DNA of 64,000 nt from Utricularia gibba (Eukaryota > Plantae > Magnoliophyta). The DNA is taken from contig NEEC01000025.1 of the NCBI GenBank assembly GCA_002189035.1, forward strand, positions 620,001 through 684,000, read 5' to 3'. Under the pieces are notes generated by a model. The model had not been told where the DNA came from, did no database searches, and saw nothing but the letters and a program-made list of their open reading frames with translations. Positions within the stretch are counted from its first letter, which is position 1, and each line of letters begins with the position of its first letter. Below, one piece after another: positions 13,985 to 23,370 of the stretch. A program made the position numbers and the translations under genes.

Positions 13985-14809
13985 TCCTTCTACCCGGCGC
14001 CCACGACGGAGCCTCTGGATTCACTCGGGGTCACGCCCCACCATGATCACAAATCCGATTTCATCCTACTTATCTCGAGAAACACTCTTAATCGGAAAGT
14101 CAAATTTCAGTTCATTTTCCAACAGGGAAAACTCATCCATCAATCGCTTTCAACTCAAACAACCGATGTCGTCACATAGACTACCTTGGAATTCAATAAT
14201 CTATAGAAGATCCTCCCAAACAAGCGCCATGGAATAGCAGAGTACATTTCCAAGGAGGGAAGAGAAGCGAAAGCGAAGGCACACAGGAAAGCGGTTAGAC
14301 GCCCATGCTTGTTCGTTGCTCAGCAGCTAACGGTTATATACATCCGTTATGTTATGCAAGTGGCCCCACCGTCCATCCCCGCCAGTGGGAGTCCACGCAG
14401 TTTTTAGAATTCTCTTTTCCGCCCCAACATTTTTGTAAAATTTCAAAACCACCCAAACCAACTGCCCACCGAGGGAAGCACCACGTCCACATCCTGGTGG
14501 TTACTTCTGAATAGTAACCATCTGGGTTCGTTAACTGTTAATTGCGGTTTAATTACATCCAATGCTTTTTCCAGAAGCCGATGCTACTCTAATTCAACAC
14601 CCGCTGCAAGTGAAGACTAAGGCGCAACAAATTAAGAAAACAGTGTGTTTCTGCTAGCATCACTGGTTTTGGTTTTTTTTTTTCTTTCCCTGCAGAGGTG
14701 ATAGAATAACTGACTAGAAAGCAGAAAGCATTCACTTGCACCTTGTGCTGCTTGCTGCTGCTATAGAACAACATGAAAAAAAGGATGACGTTTTCTATAG
14801 GAGCTCCAG

Positions 14810-15931
14810 TCATAGTCGACTCTGCATGCTTCCATTCGACCCGGCTTTCGACACTGCGTTCCAACTGTGATCGTCTTGCGTTTTGTTATGATCTTTCTCC
14901 ATAGGAAGAGAGAGCATTCTTGGGTGTGGGAGCAATGCTGCTGTAATATCCCCCCACCAATCTGGATTTCTAGCATACCATTCCATGGTTGCTCTCAAGC
15001 CATCTTCCCATTTGGTCTTCTGTTTCCATCCCAAGTGTCGTAGCTTCTGCGAGTCTAAGAAGTATCGCTGGTCATTGAAAGGTCTGTTGTCCACGAACTG
15101 GATCATGGAAGAAGGATCAAGTGAGAACATCCTGCAGATATTCATGGCCACATCGATAACTCTTTTTTCATCATGAGTTCCAATGTTGTAAACATGACCA
15201 ACCGTGCCCCTGTGGAGTATGATATCAAAAGCTTCGGAGACATCTTCACAGTACAGATAGCTTCTTACATTTGATCCATCTCCATGGATTGGCAAAGGCC
15301 GACCTTTCATAGCCAGCAAAACGAACTTTGGGATTAGCTTTTCAGGAAACTGATGAGGTCCGTATACATTGTTTCCTCTTGTAATTATCAATGGTAATCC
15401 ATATGAACGGCCATACGCCATAGCAAGCATTTCCGCCCCGGCTTTAGATGCAGAGTAGGGATTTGTGGGAAGTAGCAGTGAAGCCTCATTTTTACCAGCA
15501 GCAGCATCCTCATCAGTTTCCCCATACACCTCATCAGTGCTGACATGGACGAATCTCTTGATCCGCCCATAAGCTTTGCAGGCCTCAAGAAGGACACAGG
15601 TACCATAGACATTGTTTTTGATGAACTCAAAGCTGTTCCCAAATGAATTATCTACATGTGTTTGAGCTGCAAAGTGCAAAATTGTGTCAACTGACTCCGT
15701 TTCAAGTATGCAGTTCACAAGAGCCGCATTGCAGATATCTCCCTTCACAAATTTGAAGTTAGGCAATGACAGACAAGGGTGCAGATTCCTCAGGCTTGAA
15801 CAGTAATCTAGCTTATCAATCACGACGATACTGTAATTGGAATAACGCTGCGTCAGCCAATTTGCGACATGGGAACCTATAAAGCCCGCCGCTCCGGTGA
15901 TCAAAACATTCTTCGGTCGGTACTTCTCCAT
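14810..15931 (-). CDS. Stand-alone UDP-glucose 4,6-dehydratase (only the N-terminal domain of RHM/UDP-rhamnose synthase), intronless, 373 aa
   Basis: GAAGFIGS, STDEVYG and YSASK motifs intact; stop after ...LLPHPRML + linker; no epimerase/reductase domain in any frame downstream. Confidence 0.9.
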   Translation of the reverse strand: MEKYRPKNVLITGAAGFIGSHVANWLTQRYSNYSIVVIDKLDYCSSLRNLHPCLSLPNFKFVKGDICNAALVNCILETESVDTILHFAAQTHVDNSFGNSFEFIKNNVYGTCVLLEACKAYGRIKRFVHVSTDEVYGETDEDAAAGKNEASLLLPTNPYSASKAGAEMLAMAYGRSYGLPLIITRGNNVYGPHQFPEKLIPKFVLLAMKGRPLPIHGDGSNVRSYLYCEDVSEAFDIILHRGTVGHVYNIGTHDEKRVIDVAMNICRMFSLDPSSMIQFVDNRPFNDQRYFLDSQKLRHLGWKQKTKWEDGLRATMEWYARNPDWWGDITAALLPHPRMLSLPMEKDHNKTQDDHSWNAVSKAGSNGSMQSRL

Positions 15932-16788
15932 GCCGAAGAAAAATCATCAACACCCCACTCGCGTGAAACAAACGCCCAACTGCACCGATCGTCGACCCGC
16001 AAAACGGAAAATAAAAACTACTTCCACAAGCAAAACCTTCAATTCGGTCGATCACAACAATGGCTAGAACCAAGATCCGAAATTCCTTCACCGAGAAGCC
16101 TAGTCATGCCCACACCCTAAACCTGTTTTGATTTCAACGTATCTCAACCAATCGCTGAGAAAAAAACAAGCAAAGAACGCATTTTTATGCCAGGAAAAGA
16201 AAAAAGACAAACCTTTAAAAAAACGCAATGCAAGCCTTTGAAACTAAACATTGCACATGGGCAAGAAACATGACACTGAATACCAGCCTGATGAATAATC
16301 CCTCGATCTACCAGGGAAGATCTGGAAGTTACCTGGAAATGAGAATGCCGAACAGTGAAAAAGTCTGCGTCCAACGATAAGTATTCGGGGGCGCAATGAC
16401 GAGTTCTGGTTTTGGCAAAAGTTTCAGCGTATATATAAATGCGGTTATACAGAGCATCCAATTCGTATGAAATTATCTTTTTTTTTATTGCCTTTCCTTT
16501 TAGAAAGGATCCATCTTTTTTATATTCAGATTCAAAGGAATTTAGACAGAAAATGCCAAAAAGCACTATCTTTTACCTGCACTGCGGATCCTTGATATGA
16601 AACCATACAGTTTACAGTTGATGACGAATAACGTTCATGATTACTAGTTAACTAGCGGTATCATCTAAGAACGCCTGTTGGTTAATTTTAGGTGTTAACT
16701 AGCACATTCCTCCAAACTAGAACGCTGTTCTAGTGTTGAGCAAACATGGAAACTGAAAAGGCGCAAGTGCATTGAACAAGTAGGAGCA

Positions 16789-17578
16789 TCAATAGAATCC
16801 GACTACTTCTCGGTCAGTCGCAGGCTCCTCGTTGGCCATCTTGATAATCCTGGCTTGAGCTTCAGCGGCCCTGTCCAAAACCAGAGCTGAAATGAAGCTT
16901 TGCTTGACCTGGTTTACTGTGCTAGGGAACCTCTTGTGTGCCATAGCGTTTAGCAGAGCTGCGGTTCCTTCTCTGTACAGCTCTCCATATCCATCCGTGC
17001 GGGTGTTGGAAAGAGCCTGAAACACGTTCACAATGGGTGCAAATCCCGGGAATCTTGCGATTCCAAACGCATTTCCGAGTGTTCCCCACCAGCCAACTAA
17101 TCCGCAAACCAGATTCGGGAGATTCCTCCAGTATCTGACGTAAAATTACGTTCAAAAACAGATGTTAACTGCCACAATCGGAATGGCTTTGTAACAAAGT
17201 CGTTGCCTTTTTTGTTTTGGGTCGAATAGAGATGCGGGTGTTGGATGAGTAATTGGAATGGTGGGTGTGTGGCAGGAGGAGTTGAGGTTGGTGGAGGATG
17301 GTAGTATCCACCGCCGTGGCCAGCTGGGGGCCCGCAGTTTGAAGGTGGCCTCCCCCTAAAACGTGTGGAGGACCAACTGAAACAGTGACCATAAAACCAG
17401 GACATGTCATTTGATATGTTTTCCGCATTTTTGCAGGAAAAAAGGAACTGCCTTTGGGAGGAGGAGTGGTGTAATAATGCCTCACATCTTCAAAGCTAGG
17501 TGTGGATGCTGCATGAATGAACACGATTTGGCTAAGCAGAGAAGCCCACATTAGAACCTCATTTCTCTTCATCTCCAT
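16789..17578 (-). pseudogene. PDF1: Protodermal factor 1-like proline-rich wall protein; reading frame broken as given (pseudogene or sequence error)
   Basis: Signal peptide + FEDVRHYY, Pro-rich GHGGGYYHPPP, C-terminal YWRN...GWWGTLG...QALSNTRTDGYGELYREGTAALLN. Needs two +1 corrections and two GC donors to join. Confidence 0.7.
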
Positions 17579-17716
17579 CTCCTTCTCTGTTCCCCCCAAC
17601 CAGAATAAGAGAAGCCGGAGGGTAGCTGCAGAGAGACCGTGAAGTAAATAAATAAAGAGACGAATTTATCATCAAGTGCAGACTGCAGACTACAGTTGCA
17701 CTTGAAACTTTTTGCC

Positions 17717-18414
17717 GAGTTAATTGTAAAACTACACACTGTTATCAAACCTATTTGTAAAAGTACCCACTGTGTGTAATGTGGTGTAGTGTGTGTATGT
17801 AATTTTACGAAATTACCCATTCTTTTTAATATGTATGTAAATATTATATCATAAATATTATAATTTGTATTTTTATAATACTTGATAATGATTTTAAATA
17901 AAATATTTTTAGTAAATAATTTTTTATATTTTTTCAGAAATTATTTTGATTTTATGAAATGTATGTTATTAGTATTAAAATTATTTTAAAAGTATTGTTT
18001 ATTATAAAAACGATTTGATTTTAATTTAGAAATTATTTTGATCTTATAAAATATATATTATTAGTATTAAAATTATTTAAAAAGTATTATTTATTATAAA
18101 AACGAGTTGGTTTTAGATCAAAAATTATTTTGATCTTATCATATCTATATTATTAGTATTAATATTATTTAAAAAGTATTGTTTATTATAAAAATGAGTT
18201 GGTTTTATGTGATGATTTTCAGTAAAAACATTTTACTAAAAATCATTATTAAGTATTATGAAAATATAAATTATAATATTTATAATATAATTTTTACTTA
18301 TACATTAAGCAAAGGGTAATTTTGTAAATTTATATACACACAATACACCTAATACACATAGTGGGTACTTTTGTAAACAGGTATGATAACAGTGGGTAGT
18401 TTTAAAAATTAGCC
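17717..18414. mobile_element. Non-autonomous Mutator-like (MULE/foldback) element, 698 bp
   Basis: About 200-bp imperfect terminal inverted repeats (GAGTTAATTGTAAAACTAC... / ...GTAGTTTTAAAAATTAGCC) and a perfect 10-bp target-site duplication ACTTTTTGCC at 17707-17716 and 18415-18424. Confidence 0.92.
17941..18207. repeat. About 3 copies of a 92-bp AT-rich tandem unit inside the MULE
   Basis: Unit start TTATTTTGAT at 17941, 18033 and 18125. Confidence 0.9.
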
Positions 18415-19103
18415 ACTTTTTGCCCCTCCCGGTTTCGTTAAATCCCTGTCCAACCTCGTCTTGTGTATCTGGTTCTACAGCCCAAGGCACTCATGAGTCA
18501 CATTCTTGATCAAGCATACTAGCGAGTCAGGTAGAGGGTACGCATAAAAAAGCGTATGAATAAATATAGGATCAGGCGTGCACATCAGATCAAATCCAAC
18601 AAGCCACATCATTCTAAGTGCTTTCTGGCAATCTGAGAAGATAGTTATTGCGTGGGAGGAGTTGCAGACTGTGGCGCAGGAGAAAAAGGAAATAATAGAA
18701 GTGAGTTGAGGCGCGTCATGGCGGTAACAGAGGAGTCGGTGAAGAGCTTACTATTAGCGAACCCCAGTGCTGAATGTTGAAAAGAGGCCTGGGCAAAGGG
18801 GAGCAGCTTGTTGACGGAGCGGGATGCATGCTCGGGGCCCGGCCCAAGGCGGAGTGAGGGTGGAGCCGGTGCAGGGGCCCACCGAATTAAAGAGACGCGT
18901 TGGATTGGCATTCAAACTTGAAAGCGGCAACGGCTAAGGCTCGCAGCATTGATTCCCGCTCCAGCTGGCGCCTATAACGTGTACTTTTCTTTATCATTAT
19001 ATATTATTAGTATTATTATTATTATTATTCCAGCTGTGCTTCTTCCTTTCAATCACAGCTGGCTCACTCGCCTTCTTCCTTCCATCCGGAACCACCTATC
19101 CAC

Positions 19104-19111
19104 TATATAAA
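19104..19111 (+). promoter_or_regulatory. TATA box of XTH
   Basis: TATATAAA about 55 nt upstream of the ATG, in a pyrimidine-rich context. Confidence 0.6.
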
Positions 19112-19163
19112 TTCCCCCTCACTCCGGCTTCCTCTTCATTCACCACACCCCTCAGTTTCAATA

Positions 19164-20176
19164 ATGGAAGCACCTCAGGCTCCAACCACCATGTCTGCAT
19201 TCTCAGTCCCCTTCCTGCTCTTCCTCTCGCTGCTCATGCTGTCTACTGCCGCCGCGGATTTCTATAGGGACGCGGAAATCACTTGGGGAGACGGCCGTGG
19301 AAAGATTCTTGATTCCGGTAACACACTTACCCTTTCCCTGGATAGGTATTCCGGATCTGGATTCCAATCCAGGAAGGAGTTTCTGTTCGGGAGATTCGAC
19401 GTGCAACTCAAGCTGGTGCCTGGGAATTCCGCCGGCACAGTCACCACATTCTTCGTAAGAATGCGAATATCTTGATCCTGGTCACCCTACGCGGGACTCT
19501 CTTGACTCTTCTGCGATTTTGTGCAGTTATCGTCTCAAGGAGCCAATCACGATGAAATCGACTTTGAGTTCTTAGGAAACTCCTCTGGCCAACCGTACAC
19601 CGTTCACACGAATGTCTTCGCACAGGGGAAAGGAAACAAGGAGCAGCAATTTCGCCTCTGGTTCGATCCAACCACCAGCTTTCACGCTTACTCCATAGTC
19701 TGGAATCCCCAACGCATCATGTAAGTGGCGCAAAGTCAGGATCTCAGTATCACGTTTTACTTCTTCGCTGAACTGGATAACAATGTTACAGATTTTTGGT
19801 GGATGAGCTTCCGATCAGAGTGTTCAAAAACCACCAGGCGATTGGCATCCCATTCCCCAACACCCAGGCGATGAAGATCTACAGCAGCTTATGGAACGCG
19901 GATGACTGGGCGACACAGGGCGGCCGTGTGAAAACCGACTGGAATATGGCTCCATTCGTGGCCTCTTACAGGAACTTGAACATCAACGCTTGTACTCCTG
20001 GGCAATGCGGGGCGGATTCCTTCAAGACAGGAGCATGGCAGACCCAGGAGCTGGATGCTCCGGGAAGGAACAGATTGAGATGGGTTCAGAAGAATTTCAT
20101 GATCTACAATTACTGCACCGATGCCAAAAGGTTCCCACAGGGTATACCGGTGGAATGCAAGATGTCCAGATTCTGA
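19164..20176 (+). CDS. XTH: Xyloglucan endotransglucosylase/hydrolase (GH16), 3 exons (19164-19454, 19527-19720, 19792-20176)
   Basis: Signal peptide, catalytic [27 protein letters not shown]...ECK. Confidence 0.97.
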
Positions 20177-20850
20177 AGATCCTGCTAGCGTTTGAAGAAT
20201 GTATATGATTCTTTATTCTTTTCGATTCTTGTGAGCAACGCCTGATAGTGAATCAATGAGAGTTTTTGTTCTGGCTTCAATCAACGCTTGCACCAAGTAC
20301 CAAATCATCCCATCAAGAAGTGCGCAATGCAACACATGTAAAACATACATGGGATCCTTCACGCCATTTCAGTTTCTCAAAGCAGTTGATTATCAAACTG
20401 GCATCGAACTGGACCAATGGGGCTGCATTCCCTAAAACTCAGCCACGGATGTTTTTTTCTTCAATCAGCCTGTGAAAAGCTATTTGATCAAAACCATGTG
20501 AGGACGACCCAGTTTCAGACATTGTTAGAACTGGGTAAAACAGTGCAGAATGGTGCTTTCGTTGCTGATGAATAAAAGCAGCGCACTTTGGTGAAGGAAA
20601 AGAAATCAAATGAGGAAAGACTGAAGCGGAACCAAAATTGATAAACTGCACCGAAATGCAAAAAAGCTCTATTCTTTTTCTCTGCTGAGTTACATCAAAA
20701 TTGATAGGTTCCATAAAATTGCAGAGCACAAGGATCCAGAATGTTCATAAATAAACTTCAGTCAAACTCGAAAGCACATGATGGCAATCCAAATGAGATA
20801 CATTAACGCAACAAAGAAATAGGCAGCTAGCGCACAAACAAATGGTTGAT

Positions 20851-22095
20851 CTACCTAACTCTGTTCTTGTGTTTTACTTCCTTAGACACAGCTTTCTTTT
20901 TACTTGACTTCTCCTCAAGTTCAGCCTTTCTCTTGCTCTTCTTTGAACCAGAAGCACCTTCACTAGCAATCAAATCTTTCCCGGCCTCACCTCCGTTGGT
21001 GCTGTTCAAACGTTCACGTTTTCTCGCTGCTTTACGCATTTGTGATACTTCTACAACCGCTTCATTCCTCTCAGTAACACCAAGATCAACTGCATCATCA
21101 GCACTTCCGTCCACTTTAAGTTGCAGCATTCCATCATTATTCTGGAGTTCACTCATAGGCGCTTCAAGATCATCACCTTTCACTTCATCTTCTGCATCCA
21201 TATAATGCACATCGTGAATCCTCCCCTTGTTTTTCTTCCGCTTTGCACTTCTAACAACGTTGCTTTCAGTAGGCCTCGTAATCTCAGGCTCACTTCCCTC
21301 TTTCTCTTTCCCATCCTCGATCTTCTCCATCTCTCGTATCCCATGAATTTTTAACTTCATATCAGGCATCACCTGATATAGAGGCAAAGCTACCGAGTCA
21401 CAGAACTTCAAATGCATACTCCTCACTCCATCCCACTTCTTCGGGACTCTCTCAATGGCTCCCCTAACAGCGTCAATCACATTCTCCACAATTTCTTCTT
21501 TATCCATAGCAACCTTTGCTACCTTCATCACACAACAAGTACCAGTCCTTATATATAACACTCCACTCCCTAAAGCCTTCTCAACCTGCAACTTCAAATT
21601 ACTCCTCCCCAAATCCACCCCTAAAGGCAGCTTCTTTTTGTGAAAGAACTCCTTTCCAATCAACCTAGGCAGCAAGTGGACCACCCTTTTATCAACCAGA
21701 AACAATTCATAACTTCCACAAAGTTTCCTCCTCGCCTCGTATGGCTTGTAATTGGATTTCAACTTGGAAAGCTTGAGCACTTTCGATATCGGTAAGTTCT
21801 GGGATTTCACCAGCTTCTTAATCTGCTCGGATGGTGGGGTTGTTGTTTGAGGCCTGTCATCAATGATCAAACACACCTCCTCGCTAGGATCCATTAGCGG
21901 ATGAGAAAGAGGAATTTTGAATGGGGCCTTACGAGTATTCGAAGGGATTTTCTTGAGGGTAAGGTTAAGGTAGATGTAGTCGTCATCGGGGAGGAGCTGT
22001 AGCTTCTCGTCGGAAGACTTCGCGTCCTTGTACTTCAAAAGAGCGTTCACAGCCGTCTCAACCGTGATCCTGAAGGCGGCGGCGGAGGGAGCCAT
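20851..22095 (-). CDS. Ribosomal L1 domain-containing protein (RSL1D1/Cic1-like), intronless
   Basis: 414-aa ORF; LCGSYELFLVDKRVVHLLPRLIGKEFFHKKKLP L1p/L10e domain; basic low-complexity tail. Confidence 0.9.
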   Translation of the reverse strand: MAPSAAAFRITVETAVNALLKYKDAKSSDEKLQLLPDDDYIYLNLTLKKIPSNTRKAPFKIPLSHPLMDPSEEVCLIIDDRPQTTTPPSEQIKKLVKSQNLPISKVLKLSKLKSNYKPYEARRKLCGSYELFLVDKRVVHLLPRLIGKEFFHKKKLPLGVDLGRSNLKLQVEKALGSGVLYIRTGTCCVMKVAKVAMDKEEIVENVIDAVRGAIERVPKKWDGVRSMHLKFCDSVALPLYQVMPDMKLKIHGIREMEKIEDGKEKEGSEPEITRPTESNVVRSAKRKKNKGRIHDVHYMDAEDEVKGDDLEAPMSELQNNDGMLQLKVDGSADDAVDLGVTERNEAVVEVSQMRKAARKRERLNSTNGGEAGKDLIASEGASGSKKSKRKAELEEKSSKKKAVSKEVKHKNRVR

Positions 22096-22159
22096 GAGCA
22101 GCAGTCGCAAAAATGTCCAGTTGAGAAAAACAAGGCCTGGTTGTATTTCAAGGGTATTT

Positions 22160-22253
22160 GGCCCAATGGAAAGCTCTTATTGGGCCATCCCCAAAAATCA
22201 AAACGGCTTGGGCTCAATGGGTCTACATATGACAGCTCGCTCACAGGTGGGCC
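22160..22253. promoter_or_regulatory. Cluster of site II (TGGGCY) elements in the divergent RSL1D1/MEI2-like promoter
   Basis: GGCCCA 22160, TGGGCC 22181, TGGGCT 22209, TGGGCC 22248; typical of ribosome-biogenesis gene promoters. Confidence 0.55.
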
Positions 22254-23370
22254 CGCATACTCTTTCCCAGCGACAGCAGCCGTCCTTTGGAACCTTATCA
22301 TCTCACAGCCCGAGTCAAGACAAAGGAAGGATCACATCAAAGTGGATCAATGGAAATTCAATTCATGCTCCAGACAATTTCGGAATAAGTTTTAGTGGTG
22401 ATGTGCTTGTTATTACAAGTTGCGATTGTCGAAAATGGTCACGTGGTTTGAAGAATACACGAGCTGGAAGTTTGACGGGGTCTTGTTTTATTGTTTGTCG
22501 TAGTTAATGAGATCGATGCTTTGCCAGATTTAGATGTAATCAGCGTTGCAGAAACTGGTATGTTTGTTTGTTTTGTTGGATGATTGAATTTCGATGTCTC
22601 TTTCCTGAAGATGAGGATTTACTCCGGTGGAATGTCGTCTGTGAATACATGAATATTGCCGAATACAATAATTGTGAAAGGGAGCGCAACTGCCCAAGTA
22701 TAAAGTGAATACATGAACGAGTCATGTTCAATGATTCCCAGTGGGATGCCTTTGGAGCAGTTGGGGTAGTGGGCCTCTTGGTCGTCTGTCGCTTTCGAGC
22801 GTCTTTGTTGATTGCTACTGCATTGTTTTACTCTCATTTGTCATATCCGCGGGTACTCCTGACCAGGGGAAGTAAGCGAAAGAGTGGAAGAAATCATGTT
22901 CTCTGGTTTCACAGAACTGTAACGCCTTTTCCGAATATTTCTGAATCCTCAAACGGCTTTACCCTTCCTCCCTGCTTACCCGGAGTTTCCATCTTCTATT
23001 CCCTAGTTAAATTTCCTTGTTTGCAGAAGGCAGTTGTCGGTGATCCTAATGAGGTATGGGGTACCATCTCTATTCCACTTCACCGTGGCAACTGGGTTTT
23101 CTGTTCTCACTTGATGGAGATTGGTTTCTTAGTTCATCACTCTTTTGATTCGAATTTTATGTTTTTATGGCAAATTTTCAATCTTTTTCATTTTGAGAAC
23201 CCACAAGAGCTACCGTATACTTGAATGCTACGCCTTTTTTTTTTCATGTACCCTTAAAATCTGTATCAGTTTTGGAAGAATTCTCTTTCGGGTTTCTGGT
23301 TGGCCTTCTTGTTTCGCAGAGACGCGTACTTATACTGGCTTTGCTGGTGTAACAGAATTTAATTGATTGA

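Noticed and set aside
14600-14810. RHM truncation as another homopolymer error
   Set aside because: No epimerase/reductase sequence appears in any frame downstream; at most a few codons resemble the old domain start.
17941-18207. 92-bp repeats as a CRISPR-like array
   Set aside because: Contiguous tandem units with no unique spacers, inside a eukaryotic transposon, with no cas genes.
22400-22750. Possible C/D snoRNA cluster
   Set aside because: No convincing box C/D pair with terminal stem or recognisable rRNA guide.
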